From: Octopus vulgaris
Lineage: Eukaryota
Direction: 5' to 3'
Assembly: GCA_951406725.2 (NCBI GenBank)
Contig: OX597817.1
Span: 91,326,001-91,390,000 of the forward strand
Length of the DNA: 64,000 nucleotides
Below the pieces are notes generated by a model, which did no database searches, was not told the DNA's origin, and saw only the letters and a program-made list of their open reading frames with translations. Position 1 is the stretch's first letter; each line of letters begins with the position of its first letter. Below, piece by piece: positions 1-13,737 of this stretch. Made by a program: the position numbers and the translations under genes.

Positions 1-2170
1 TTTTTCCCCCTGGAAAGTGACGGAAGTTGTTTTCTGCAGATTTTCGGAGGTTAATGCTCCCGAGCATCTGCCACATACAAAAACTATCTTCCCAGTTAGC
101 CTACCTTTGACATTGCTGCACCTCTTATGTGTCCATAGCTTACACTGGGTACATCTTATAGAGTTTCTACCTACACCTTTTCTACAGATCGAGCAGGGCC
201 ATCTTCCTGAAGATATTTGTGGATTGTCTACCTTTCTACTTATTAGTACTTTGGTTTTAGCTAGGTTGACTCTAAGGCCCCTTGATTCTAAACCCTCCTT
301 CCACACCTGGAACTTCTCCTCCAGTTCTGATAGTGACTCAGCAATAAGAGCAAGGTCGTCAGCGTAGAGGAGCTCCGAGGGACAGCCTGTCTTGAATTCC
401 TCCGTAATTGCCTGGAGTACTATGATAAATAGGAGGGGGCTGAGTACTGAACCCTGGTGGACCCCAACCTCTACTTTGAATTCTTCTGTGTACATGTTGC
501 CAACCCTAACCTTACTTACGGCATCTCTGTACATGGCTTGCACAGTCCTCACCAGCCATTCATCTATCCCTAGTTTCCTCATTGACCACCAGATAAGGGA
601 TCGGGGGACCCTATCAAAAGCTTTCTCCATGTCAACGAAAGCCAGGTACAGGGGCTTATCTTTGGCTAGGTATTTCTCCTGCAGCTGCCTTACCAGGAAT
701 ATAGCATCAGTGGTACTTTTCCCTGGCACGAACCCAAACTGCATCTCATCTAAACTAACTCTCTCTAATTAGTTGGGCTATGACCCTCTCCGTAACCTTC
801 ATTACTTGATCCAACAGCTTGATACCTCTGTAATTATTTGTATCTAGGGCATCACCTTTACCTTTGTAGCAGTTGACTAGTATGCTGCTGCACCAGTCAT
901 TGGGTATGACTCCTTCGTGTATCACCTGGTTGACTATACGGGTGACTAGGTTATAGCCGACACTGCCAGATATTTTGAGCATCTCTGCAGTAATTCCTGA
1001 TGGGCCTGGGGCTTTCCCTGTCTTCATGCTTCTAATTGCCTTAGCTACCACGGAACTATCAACTCGGATAGCTGGTCCCTCTGTAGGGTCAACATTCGGC
1101 AGACTCTCTTTATCCCATTCATTTTCCTCATTCAGCAACCTTTCATAGTGGCGTCTCCAAGCTTCTCTCTTTGCATCCTCATTTAGCGCAAGTGAACCAT
1201 CCTCCATGCGAACACATTTCTCTCCTACCACATCACGATTCTCTCTCACACACTGTCTTGCAACACGAAATACCTCAAGTCTTTCACCCTCATGGCGCAG
1301 GACATTGGCAAATTTTCTCTTATCTGCTTCCCCTCTGGCTAGATAGACCTGTCTCCTAGCTTCCCTTCTGGCAGTCTGATACCCTTCCCTGCTACCACCG
1401 TTCTTCCAGGCCTTCCAAGCCTGTTTCTTTTGTCTAATAGCCCTGTCAACAATATTGTTCCACCACCACGTTATTTTGGGTCTTAAGGGGACTTTGCACC
1501 AGCCACAGATCTGGTCAGCGGCTTTCAGCAGGTTGTCCCTCAGAAACGTCCAGTTGTCTTCTACCCCATGTGTAGCTATACCCCCTTCCACTTCGTCAAA
1601 GGCTTCAAGTAACATATCTCTAAATCTCTGTCCATTCGCAGGGTCTTTAAGCTTCCAGACCCTTCTTCTCCATGTTGGTCGTCTTCTAGTCGCCCTCTTA
1701 GTCCTGATCCTAAAGTCACTAACTACCAGTCTATGTTGTGGGGTGCATTCTTCGCCTGGGAAGGTTTTGGCATTTATAAGCAGCCATCTTTCCCTTTTTC
1801 TGGCAAGGATGTAGTCGATTTGGCTAGTATGCCGGCCCGATCGGTAGGTGACCAGGTGGCTTGTTGGTTTCCTGAAGTTAGTGTTGCAGACCATAAGACT
1901 ATTCGCATCGCAGAACTCCAGCAGCCTGGTTCCCCCTCGTTGCGGGAACCATAACCGTAGCCTCCATGTACGCCATGGAAGCCCCCAGCATGTCGTCCAA
2001 CATGCCCATTGAAATCACCAGCCACAAAGAGAAGGTCCCTGTCGTTCGTCAATGAGGTGGTCTGCAGTAGGGTGTCATAGAAACTGTCTTTCTGTCCATC
2101 GGGTAGCCCTGGCTGAGGGGCATAGGCCGATATAATGGTTGCTAATCTATTATGAAGCACTATTCTAAGA
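1..2170 (-). mobile_element. RTE-clade non-LTR retrotransposon, 5'-truncated, continuing past the window start
   Basis: Minus-strand frames give APE endonuclease motifs (ISAYAPQ, AGDFNGHVG, SQIDYIL, QHRLVV) and RT motifs (GKAPGPSGI, NYRGIKLL, ELLYADDLALI at about 345-375). Frameshifts near 1925 and 770. Confidence 0.92.
755..1894 (-). pseudogene. RTE ORF segment: endonuclease C-terminus, linker and start of RT (379 aa)
   Basis: ORF track 755..1894, bounded by frameshifts within the longer LINE ORF. Confidence 0.88.
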
Positions 2171-2343
2171 TGTGTATATATACACATGCACATATACACA
2201 CACACATACACATGCATATGCACACATATATATACATACAAATATATTAATGTTTAAACATCTTTCGCTGCTGTTTCCACCTTTACTACCTGTAACTTTT
2301 GAATTGATTTGTATGGATTCTTAACTCCTTTTCTCCTTTTCAA

Positions 2344-2382
<39 letters not shown>

Positions 2383-2420
2383 GACATACATACACACACA
2401 TGCATGCACACACACACACA

Positions 2421-2465
<45 letters not shown>

Positions 2466-2968
2466 GTATGTATATAACCAATCAGTTCAGAAAATAGAGA
2501 ACAATAGGATAGATACCAAACTTGAAAAACAAAAGGTCCATATGTTCAACTAAACCTGTTAAGACAGTGCTCTAGTATGGCCCTGGCATGGCCACACTCC
2601 AGTGGCTGAAACAAGTAAAAGATACAAAATAAAGTGACTTACTAGAATGAGTTTCCTCAGCAGCTCTACCATTTTTGCTACATCCACCACCAAGTTATTA
2701 ATTCCTCAGTGTTGTATTGCTGTAAATGGTATTTGAGACAGTAGGATATGGGAAATGGTAAGACACAGAATTTTGTTAGCATCAGGAATCTCCATACAAT
2801 GTTAAATAGGCAGCCATATTCAGGAATATTTTTTCTTTCTTCCATACCTAACTGTGGTTTAACTTGTATATGTATATCTACATGTTGGTCTTTTTGTATG
2901 CATTAATCTCTGCAGGAACTGAAGGAACACACATATCTGCTTCTGATAGCAGGTATATGCAGTATTTG

Positions 2969-2973
<5 letters not shown>

Positions 2974-3037
<64 letters not shown>

Positions 3038-3143
3038 ATATGTATGTATGTATGTATATATATATGTATGTATATATATGTGCACACAGACATACAGACA
3101 TACACACCACACACACACACATTCTTGCACACACATACACACA
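2974..3143. repeat. Compound (TA)n/(TATG)n/(CA)n microsatellite, representative of dozens in the window
   Basis: Directly visible; source of the YIYI, CVCV and HTHT ORFs. Confidence 0.95.
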
Positions 3144-4249
3144 TGTAATTTCTTTCTTTTTGTTAAACTTTACACATACCATACTGTGGTATTTTTTTTT
3201 TTGCACACATACAGATGCACAGCTATTATTTCAGCTCACATATTGCAATATTGATATAGTGCAGTGTGGTGTATGTTGCTGGTGTGTGATGTTGGTGTGG
3301 TGGTGGTGGTTGTGGTTGTGGCGGTGGTGGTGGCGGTTGTGGTGGTGGTGGTGGTGGTCTAGTGTGGAGCTGTATTAGAGTGTGCACTTATTTCCTTCTC
3401 CAAGAAAGGCTTTTATGCAAACTTATATCATCACTGTAACCTATGCAATCTACATATGCAGTTATCTGCATTTCAGTTTTGTATATTGTAAATATGCATA
3501 AATATACATTGTATGTGTGTATATTTATAGCTGTTTTTCTATTTATCTACACACACACACACTCACACACACACACACACATACTCGCACACACACTCAC
3601 ACACAGAGAAACACACCTACATGCATACACACATAAAATTATTATAATGTTATGCAGATTGAATGAATTAAAAACAACTAAAGGTGTACATAGCAAAATG
3701 AATATATATTATGTAACTGGAAGACAAATTGAACTATGATATATATAGACTTGCCAGACAAAATTCACTAAGTACAAGGAATGTTTTTAATCTTTTTTTT
3801 CTGAATTGGCTGGAAGGTAGAGTGTGCCCATGACTTATTGGGGCAGAATCTCTGAGATTGTTTGAAGGAAGATATCCTCCAATCAATCACCTGTTGGACT
3901 TCTATGAAAGCAGTTGAGAGCCAGCTGGTGGCAAGCCCATTGTCAGACTTTCGTGCCTGGGGGTACTTCAGAATATTCTGGGTGGGCACAAATTTGTAAT
4001 AATACTAAAGTGGAGTTTCGAAATAAGTGTATCACTGTAAACCTGAGGGTGCATCATTGAATAGCAAGTGGGCAGTGCCATTCAGTGCGTCTCCTTAGTG
4101 ACAGGTATGGCCAGTGGTGTTACACTGGACATACATTGAATCTGAGCAGGTAAGGAGAAATTTAAACTCAGAACACAAAGGGAAAGAATAACTATCAAAA
4201 GATGTTCTATCCAGCACTACAAGGTGCTAAGCTTTGTTGTGATGCAGTG

Positions 4250-4620
4250 GATTGTATATCTTAGTGGCCCTGAGAGCTATGCAAGCAAAGTGCAAGCTCC
4301 TTGTAAAGTTTCCCATGCTGGACAGGTCAAAGGATAGAGGCAACACTAATATGGACCTCCTCTTCCTAGAGGTAAAAATGAGTTTGCATTGGGTCAACAC
4401 CTCTGCCTATAATAAAGCAAAGTTCCAGAGACACTGATGTCAGTTCAAAAGCATCAATACCTGTGAGAAATGTTTTGCTTCTCTCAGTCAACAGTGAATT
4501 ACCTACTTCAAGATAAATGGTAGGGATCCAACTGGAACAAAGCAGAAAGGACAGTTCTGAGTTGAGATCAGAGATGAAAAAAGTTGTCAAGGCCTATGCT
4601 CCATAGGGAGTGAAAGGCTT
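4250..4620 (+). mobile_element. Possible degraded RTE-type remnant with 5'UTR-like and 3'-end-like parts close together
   Basis: gagagctatgc...tcccatgctggacaggtc resembles RTE 5' leaders and gtcaaggcctatgctccatagggagtgaaagg resembles RTE 3' ends. Recognised from memory only. Confidence 0.3.
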
Positions 4621-4706
4621 GCCTAAAAACGCCCTGGTACTATTTATGTTTGAAAGTGATTTAAATTAAAAACTTACATCAAAATTTCATGCTAAATAAG
4701 CTTAAT

Positions 4707-4925
4707 GACCTTTTCTACAATAGGCACAAGGCCTGAAATTTTGGAAGAGGAGGCTAGTCAATTACATCGACCCTAGTGATTATCAGCTGGTACTTATTTC
4801 ATTGACTCCAAAAGGCCGAAAGGCAAAGTTGACCTCAGTGGGATTTGAATGCAGAACTAAAGACAAAAGAGAGCAGTTAAGCATTTTGCCTGCTGTGCTA
4901 ATGATTCTGCCTGCTCACTGCCTTA
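4707..4925 (-). mobile_element. tRNA-derived SINE, family with ggtcgactttgcctttcatcctttcggggtcgat core
   Basis: Homologous to 17725-17830(+), 42678-42890(+) and 51815-52045(-). Flanked by a duplicated aagcttaat (4698-4706 and 4929-4937). Confidence 0.75.
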
Positions 4926-6044
4926 AACAAGCTTAATAATGACAAAGATATTTTATTAAATTATGCATTATTTTGTAAGTTTAACCAAAACAAAGGCAGT
5001 GTATTTCAGTTAAAATATAATAACAGAAGGGTAAAGTAAATAAGTATCCCAACCAGCAGTCTTTCAATTCCACCAGACCAGTGATCTTGACTGGTTCCTT
5101 ATTTACTGATCTTAGAAATATGAAAGGTAAAAGTAACCACTGTATGATTTAAACTCAGAATGCAAAGAGCTGAAATAAATTAAATGATGTAAAGCAGCAA
5201 TTTCTCATACTTTAATGACATCTGCCAAAATGCTGCCTTAATATGTTGTAATGGCATCGAGCTGAAATTTATTCTTTATACACAGAACTAACTTACTGCA
5301 AAGTATCCTAGCAAGTTTATATTTAACCTATATGTAGAGCAATAAATGATAAATATGTCACAAAATTCAAAATGTATTTCAATACCTTGTTTTTACAGAT
5401 TTATAGCTCCAGGTATAGGCTAAATATCAATTTATTGGCAGACTTAGCAATATGGTAATGAGTCAGAAAGAGGAAAAAGATTCCAGTTCATATATATTTC
5501 AGCATAATACATTCCATCATTGCAGGTGTACACAACCTAGCCTAATATGACTAATTATGTCTTCTAGTGCAGAATGCTTCACTTGTTTTGTTTATACATA
5601 CATACATACATACATACATACATACATACATACATACATACATACATACATACATACATACATAGACACATATACAGAGGCTCTCCCCACCCAACCCACC
5701 AAAATATATACACACTATAACAGCTGATAACTCATTAAATTTTCGTTCCTTTATAGACTTAACCCTTAGAAATAACGAAGATAGCCAGACTAAGCTTTGA
5801 ACAGTGCTATTGAAAGTTTGAAAATGTAGTGATTGATTGACTGCTCGATTGATTGATTGATTGATTGATTGGATGATTGGTTGATTGGTTGATTGGCTGG
5901 TCAGTTGGTTTGTAGATAGGTAAATAGATAGATACAACACTACATGTGTGAAATTGATGACCTCTCTGTGGGCCTTTTCACAACTATTAGATGTATCCAA
6001 GATCCATAACATTTGAACTTCTGACTTCCCAATTCCATACTGGA

Positions 6045-6497
6045 CTGGCATCCATTGCTAGTGGAGTGCTAAGAGTACCATATGAGTGAGATCGTTGCCA
6101 GAGCAACAAGCTGGCCTTTGTGCTGATGGCATGTTAAGCACACCATTCGAGTGTGATCGTTACCGCATCGCCTTACTAGCACTTGTGCTGGTGGCACGTG
6201 ATATATTCGAGCAAGGTCATCGCCAGTGCTGCTGGACTGGCTCCTGTGCTGGTGGCACATAGAAAGCACCATTTGGGCATGGCCATTGCCAGTACCACCA
6301 AACTGGCCCTCATGCCGGTGGCACGTAAAAGCACCCACTACACTCTCGGAGTGGTTGGCATTAGGAAGGGCATCCAGCTGTAGAAACTCTGCCAGATCAG
6401 ATTGGAGTCTGGTTCGCCAGACCTCAGTCAAATCGTCCAACCCATGCTGGCATGGAAAGTGGACGTTAAATAATGATGATGATGATGATGATGATGA
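6045..6497 (+). mobile_element. Retroposon 3' region: tandem gtgc(c/t)ggtggcacgtaaaagcacc units plus an RTE-type tail ending in (GAT)n
   Basis: Same array and tail as the RTE 3'UTRs at 31880-32340, 37410-37742 and 51200-51540. Confidence 0.8.
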
Positions 6498-6659
6498 TAT
6501 ATATATATATGTGGTGCCCTAGCATGGCCGCAGCCTTTGGGCTAAAACATTTTTAAGGATTTAAGGATATATATATATACATACATACACTCATACATGC
6601 ATGCTTGGATGTGTGCATACATATATGCATACATGCATACATATATACATACATACATA

Positions 6660-7685
6660 GAAGAACAGGAAATATCAACCAAATACCTCATGCACGGAAG
6701 GGAGTGGGATACAGGAAAAGCAGTAAAATGTGACAACTGATGCAGACTTTGTGGAGTTCACACTGAAGATATCATCCACATCATAAGCAGTTGTCCGAAA
6801 ATGTCATCACGGTATTATCTACCATTGAGACATGATGTTGTAGCTAGAACACTCTATAATAAAATCTGTCAGAAATATAACCCCAAGGACAAAGAAATAA
6901 GAATCCATAGCCACTCATAATATAAAGGAGTACTGGTGGAAAAAAAGCCGTATTTCGTCTGCCGTTACGTTCTGTGTTTGTTTACAGTTTTCCGAACGTT
7001 AGTACGTCACAAAAGCGCTTTCTACGTCACACTAATAGAATGCAGTCAAGTTTTACACATGAAAACAAACAATCTGATTGGTTAAAATTCGCAGTTTTAA
7101 TCTACGATTAAAGTCATAAAATAGATTTTTCTCAAATAAACTAGTTCCAACCTGTGTCTTGTTTTGCTAGACTCTATCAGCATACGAAGTTTCAGAATAT
7201 TTAGTTAAGTAGAAAGATCTGTGGTCCTGGCTTCAGAATTGAAAAGATCCGTGGAAAATCCCAGTGAAACCCTCAATAAAATGTAAGCACAACAGACCTG
7301 ATATAATGATTTGGGACAGAGAAAAGAAATTGTCTACAGTTGTGGAAATTAACTGCCCAGATGTTGTTAACATAAAGCTGAAGATAAGTGAAAAAGAAAT
7401 ACTTATGCTGAAGTATTGAGGAATCTACTGCTATTCTATCCAGATTACAAGTTTTGATTTATACCTGTAATTATTGGAGCAGTGGGATATGTAACACACT
7501 GCCTAAATACCAATCTTGAGAAACTAGGCTTCTCAAAACCAGAAAGGAGAAAGCTAATTTGAAGACTACAGATCTAAATCATCACTGGAACTGTAAAAAT
7601 CAGTAAAACTTTCCAGAAGTTTATCATTTAAGTATATATGAGCAGGTAAAGATATGCAAGTATATGCATAAATTTGCATATCTTG
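6660..7685 (+). mobile_element. R4/Dong-clade LINE 3' fragment (CCHC knuckle and restriction-like endonuclease), interrupted by an insertion
   Basis: Translates CRLCGVHTEDIIHIISSCPKMSSRYYLPLRHDVVA and KHNRPDIMIWD..VEINCP. Homologous to 48660-49390(-). Confidence 0.85.
6944..7250. mobile_element. About 307-bp insertion in the R4/Dong fragment, flanked by the 8-bp direct repeat GTGGAAAA
   Basis: GTGGAAAA at 6936-6943 and 7251-7258. The uninterrupted homologue near 49.06 kb reads EYWWNVPVK across this point. Confidence 0.7.
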
Positions 7686-7708
7686 ACATGCCCCAACAAT
7701 TACACATA

Positions 7709-7772
<64 letters not shown>

Positions 7773-8346
7773 TATATCTATCTACATACTCACACACACA
7801 TACATATATACATACACATACATATGCACAGATATACATACGCACACATATATATATACAAAAAAGCATTGATACACTTTGATACAGACATACACACATA
7901 GATATATACATATGCATACATATATATATAAACTTATGTGCATATACATACACATATATACACACATACATACCTACATACACATACACATGTATATGCA
8001 TACATACACGCACATACACTCATATACACACACATCCACAGATAAATATCTCCTCCGGTTCACATGCTCCCACACCTCTGCCCATGCACCCACCACCATC
8101 ATCATCATCATCGCCATATGTCAACTAGATGTCATATTTATATGTGGGTGTGTATGTATATGTGTGTATGTGTGTGCATATGTGTGTATGTAGTTATGTA
8201 TGTGTGTATATATGTGTATGTGTATACATATAGGTTTATATCATCATCATCATTTAATGTCCGCTTTCCATGCCAGCACGGGTTGGATGATTTGTATGCA
8301 TGTGTACATTTGTATATATGTGTATGCATATATATGTGTGTATATG

Positions 8347-8377
<31 letters not shown>

Positions 8378-9104
8378 ATGTTTATGAGTGTGTGTGTATG
8401 TAGAAAGAGAGAGAGAAAGAGAGAGTGAGAAAGAAAGAGGGAGAGAAAGAGGAATGTATATATATATATATTTTGTTTATTATATGTAGGGAAATAAATA
8501 TGCTACCATGATCTTCCCCACCTCCTCTCCCAAACCAAAATACATGTAAAAAATCACTTCTATCAACAAACATTTTTATCAAAAGACATGTATCTTACCT
8601 TTCATTAGCACCACCAACCCAGACACACATCTAAAACAGAAAATGACTAAAAGTAAGAATTTGGAAAAACATCTGGTCATTAGATTTTTGATGAAAGGTC
8701 AACTATTCATATGGCTTCACAAAACACTCCTTTAACACACCAGCACATTCCAACTCCACCCCAATGAAGTATCTTGTGTTGACCAGTCACTACTTTCAGC
8801 TATCATTCATCAACAGTCTTTCCCTCCCACACTGATTAACAAACCCCAACCCCACATCCTCAAATTAAAAATCCTCAAATCCTCAGATCTGTTTGACAAC
8901 AAATGTGAGAAAGTTTTCCAAGGAAGTTAACAAGAAAATTCTTTTTTAAAAATTCTCCACACTCAAGTTAACAAAGAACTTACTAGATATATGAACTAAA
9001 CTTTATATTATTAAAAAATTTTTAAATAATAAATTAAACTGATTAGAACTACCAGTAGTCAGCAGTGAAGTCATTATTTTTCTTTTTTCGAATATATATA
9101 TATA

Positions 9105-9510
9105 TAAAATTAATTTAGGGTAGAAAATTGATATTTATCAATTAGAACCAGTGGTCTAGCATATTAAAAAAAGAATCCGAAGATTAAAATATTTATATAT
9201 ACCAATTAAGGACTGAACACGAAAAGTGGACAGTCAACATGCTAGATAAAGACGTCAAATCGCCATTCTCCACAAAAGATTATGTTCTCAGATCAAACTC
9301 AACACATAACCATAGCAATAAACAAGTGAAAATATACGAAATAAATATTTACCCATGTACTAATTTAGTTTCGGCTGTTATTTTCCACAAGGAAAAGTGC
9401 AGCCATCATCAGCATGGTCCGATATAAAATGCAATTTGCTGGACTAGATGCAAACACGATACCGAAATATCTCGTGCATATTATATAAATTGTATAATTA
9501 GTGAACACAC
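9105..9510 (-). mobile_element. Penelope/retrozyme-like terminal-repeat element carrying an HHR
   Basis: Contains the HHR at 9353-9417. Its 3' end (ctagaccactgg...accctaaattaattt) resembles the ends at 14612-14680 and 46994-47068. Confidence 0.55.
9353..9417 (-). ncRNA. Type I hammerhead ribozyme, intact canonical core
   Basis: Minus strand: CCATG-CTGATGA-T-GGCTG cac TTTTCC ttgt GGAAAA taa CAGCC-GAA-A-CTA aat TAG-T-A-CATGG. Stems I, II and III all pair; cleavage triplet GUA. Confidence 0.88.
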
Positions 9511-9518
9511 ATGCAGAA

Positions 9519-9558
<40 letters not shown>

Positions 9559-9967
9559 ACACTTCTTTATGCATATTGATTATATCTACAAGATAACAGA
9601 GGCTATTAACTACCTCTAAGGAGACACCAGGGTACTTGATTTCATATGGTTTTTATAGTATACTGCTCCCAGTGGTCTGCCATTTTCAAAACATTTTTTA
9701 TTGTAAAACACAGTAACAGTTGCATATAAATTTCATTGAAATGGCTCAAACAAAGTGTTTGATTGAACCATAATGTTGAAACTCATAAGTAACTGCCATT
9801 TATTCATATGGCATAAAATATACTCAATTCTACATTCATATCAAATTCTATAAAACACAATGTATTAAATCAGTGAACACACCCTCTGTGATTTAAGCAC
9901 AGGTATGTTGTGATATATACACACATTATATACATATGTATGTATAGATGTATAGATAAATATTTGT

Positions 9968-10008
<41 letters not shown>

Positions 10009-11856
10009 AGTATGTGTGTATGTGTGTGTGTGTGCATGCATGTGTGTGTATGTGTGTGTGTGTGCATGCATGTGTGTGTATGTGTGTGTAAAGAAAATAC
10101 ATGAAATTATAAACTTCAGTGTAAATAAGAATGTAAAAGAGAGTATTCAATACAGAAAGTAAAGTGTCAAAATACATCCAAAGAGAAGCTTCAAATTTAA
10201 TGGTTCTGAGTTTCCTGTCTTTAAGCAACCTTTACAAGATGAAAACATGTCTAAGAGACAATTTAGCATGTGAATTTAATTTTGTGGGTGCTAAACTTCA
10301 CCAAAGATAATTTTAAAAGTTTTCAATTCTAAATATCCATTTATCTCTGTTTGATAAGAAGTTTTTTCAACCCAAAATATTAGACATTATGTAAAGTAAT
10401 GGCTTATTATTTTGAATTAAAAAAATGTCATAGGACTTGTATGGCATCTGTATTTATAGTCATTCTAATCTAAATAATGCTTCACAAAATGTTTTCTTTC
10501 AATTATTCATCATACACACACATATAATGTTAATAACTTGTTTCTTTCAACAAGGTAGAGATTACTTAATGCATATAGTACATTTTATATGTTTATAGTT
10601 AAATATCTATGCAACCATTATTTAAAATTTTACACCAACCAGACATTGAAAAAAAGTTTTTATAGAAAGCAAATAAGCAACATATATGACAATGTGCAGT
10701 TTGGTATATTTCTGCAATATAACTTCATCTTATTGATACATTGTATTAATGATAATTCATTTTCATAATGGTATTTCTACATGGAGCCTAATATATTTAT
10801 ATCTACTATGTTGAAATAATTCATGGAGGTGTATATTTTATTTTACTCCAATGTATATTTGGCACCACTTTGCTCTGTTTATATAAAGTGTGGTTTGATT
10901 TATGACCAATTATTCAAAATTTATAACTTTTGCATATTTTACCATTGTTATCATCATCATTATCATCCTCAATAATAATATCATTAGACTACAACTTGCT
11001 CTAAATCATCTGCAGTCAGGGCATCTCTGTCCTCCATTTGGGTTTTGATCATGGTTTTGTAAGTTCCTTCTCTCATGGGTTGGTTCTCTGATAATGACTT
11101 GAATGGCCATCAACTCCAGGTGTCTCAGACTGTATCTGAAAAGCTTTTCAAATTCTATTGCTATCTTGTGGGTCAACTGGGACTCAGGCCTAAAGTTACA
11201 TTTAGAATTTAAACAATACTGATGTTAGTACCTGTTAATTTAAAGAGAAATCTACAAGAATCCCTAATTAGGATTTTCCTTTGTTTAAGTAAAGAATGAC
11301 CTTGCAATAGAAAAATTTGCTTCACAGCAATGTGACTTTGCATTTCATACCAATGCACATCACTTTGGGTAAATACAATCTACCATTGACTCTGATTGAC
11401 CAACATATTCCAAGTTAAATTTATAAGATGGATACTGTATTAATACAGTACAAGTACAAGGGTCTATTCCAGTTTTAGTTGGGTAGAACTAATCCATTAT
11501 ACAGTGTTATGCCACCACTTGGACATTAGCTGCCTTTACTGGAGCTGATTCCGGTGTTAGCATTCAGGTTAGGTGGTTTGAGGAAAACTTGCTCCCTTTT
11601 CTGTCATCTGTTATGGATGTCCAGAGAAGCATTATGTCTTTGCTTCATAGACTAAACTATTAAGAGAGTATGGATGCCCAATTAAATAGAATGGCTGACT
11701 AAAGGCAGAGAGATTAGGAATTCGTATGTTGTCACATTTATAGCATGTTACATTTATAGCAAAGACAGTGGATTATCGAACTACTCATTTCATTTAATTG
11801 TAAACAGAGGGAACTCCAGACAGTGTGATGTCATCACATCACTGACAGTGTTCTGT

Positions 11857-12067
11857 AACCCTTTAGCATCTAAACTGGTCATGCCCAGCCCAAATATTTT
11901 ACCTTGTTTTATGCTAAAACTGGTCATATCCAACCTTTTGTCATTCTAAAAATAAACAGTCACATCTTCAAAATCTTAAAGCTATTAGATAATGCATGAT
12001 TAATTCAAAATAATATGAATAAATAAGCATTATATTTGACAGAGAAATTTAAATGCTAAAGAGATAA
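11857..12067. mobile_element. TTAA-type (piggyBac-like) MITE
   Basis: Ends taaccctttagcat and atgctaaagagataa. Homologue at 58821-59044. Confidence 0.65.
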
Positions 12068-13140
12068 GCATGCAGCATTGAGTTCAACTCTTGGTGGGAG
12101 TAGTATGACATTGATAGACAATGAGTTTCTTTTAAATTGACTTTTTTCCTTTACTGACAAATTTATTTTGTAAGGCCTTGAATTTTGGGACTCATTTTAT
12201 TTTGTTAAATGAAAACTGTTTCCTTACTGGTACTTCTTTTATTGCTCTAGAGGTGATAAGACTAAATAGAAATGATAAGTCCAGTACTATCCATGTCTGC
12301 TAAACTTTCACACCATCCATTATTAAGTTCAGAGTGTAAGTAAAAGTGTGAAGGTTTTCCTATGTTGAAGTACCTAGTAACTTAGATTAAGTACTTGATG
12401 TAAGGTTTCAAAAGAAATGCCATCATATAAAGTTATTGAAGTTTTCATAGTAACTTCAATTTTGTGGTGTCTCATTTGTAAGAAAGATGACTTCATTTAT
12501 GTGGGTCTTTACTTCATTTATGTGGGTGCTGGCTTTATCACTGTAGTGTTTAATCTGTGTAGACTTTCAATTACAAAGCTCTTCCTCTACACAAGGCTCA
12601 CATCTACTTCATGAACACTTTGTTTATGCAGATCTTCATCTATGCAGATTTTCAATTAATCAGAAATCATTTCATCATTGCAGGCCTTTGTTTATGCAGG
12701 AAATATTTTCATCTGTACACTTCCATATCTATGAAGGGCCTTGCTTTTGCCTGGAGAGTTATGTTCACAAATAAAATTGCCTTAAACCAGTATGGTTAAA
12801 ATACCTCACCAATCTGCAATTCTATTCCAAGGCTATTTATCTTTCATTATAGGGAGACATTACTGAAGAAATATTTCTTGATTGCATGGAAAGAGACTTT
12901 ATGCCACCAGCTGGGCTGCAGCTGGAAATGAAGTCATTAATTAAAACATTATTAATTAAATACATTTCTTCAATTTTCCCTGTGAGAAAAACACTAGGAA
13001 TCAGTTAAAACATGAATACTTTTCTAATACAGCTTCAATGTTCTCATTATTGCACACTTATAATTTCACATAAAGTACATAATACAATGGGGATTAAAAG
13101 TAGTGTAAGTGTATGGTGCAAATATACATAAGATAATTTG

Positions 13141-13142
13141 TG

Positions 13143-13211
<69 letters not shown>

Positions 13212-13315
13212 ATGTATGTATGTATGTATGTATGTATGTATGTATGTATGTATGTATGTATGTATGTATGTGTGTGTGTATGTATGTCTGTCTATCTATC
13301 TATCTATCTATCTAT
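13141..13315. repeat. (TG)n-(TATG)n-(TATC)n microsatellite
   Basis: Directly visible. Confidence 0.95.
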
Positions 13316-13347
13316 AGTACTGGAGGTAGAAATACAACCTTTGTCAG

Positions 13348-13690
13348 TCAGAGTAGGCAGGGTTGTGAAAAAAGCCTGAAATGAAATTCTATTAAGCAGC
13401 ATCCTTTCTGGGCAAGATCACCTTTTGACCAGTTCCAAAAAAGGCTCAGTATATGTTTGATATCTATTTGCTTGTCAGCCAGCAAAGAATTCCATATCTC
13501 CAACACGAATTTCCCCTCATAAGGGCACCAGTTAAACATTTCACTTTTGGAATTTAAGAAAACCTCTTGGTCAAATGAGTTTTTTAGGATCATTGCTCTC
13601 TCAACCAAGTTTGCATCATCTGATCCCATTGAGGTATGGTCCAATTTGTTCCAGGAGCTTCCATTTAATCCTGTATAGCATGCTATCTTC
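13348..13690 (-). pseudogene. Possible highly degraded Tc1-like transposase C-terminus
   Basis: SDDANLVERAMILKN...LEIWNSL...LAQKGCCL loosely echoes Tc1 SPDLNPIENLW..LK...W..I...VI.AKG. Weak match. Confidence 0.3.
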
Positions 13691-13737
13691 TTTTAAATGC
13701 TATACATAGCTGACTAATGATATTAAAAAAGACTATG

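Noticed and set aside
17-772. Plus-strand ORFs opposite the RTE element (and similar ones at 1455, 36559, 38998, 44628, 57093)
   Set aside because: They are antisense shadows of retroelement coding sequence.
3768-3989. 73-aa ORF in more GC-balanced sequence
   Set aside because: No domain recognised; probably an old transposon remnant.
4250-4420. HDV-like ribozyme in an RTE-type leader
   Set aside because: The nested double pseudoknot could not be built by eye; the sequence is too degraded.
12800-12925. Minus-strand exon after tcatttccag
   Set aside because: All three frames stop before the candidate donor; no recognisable protein.
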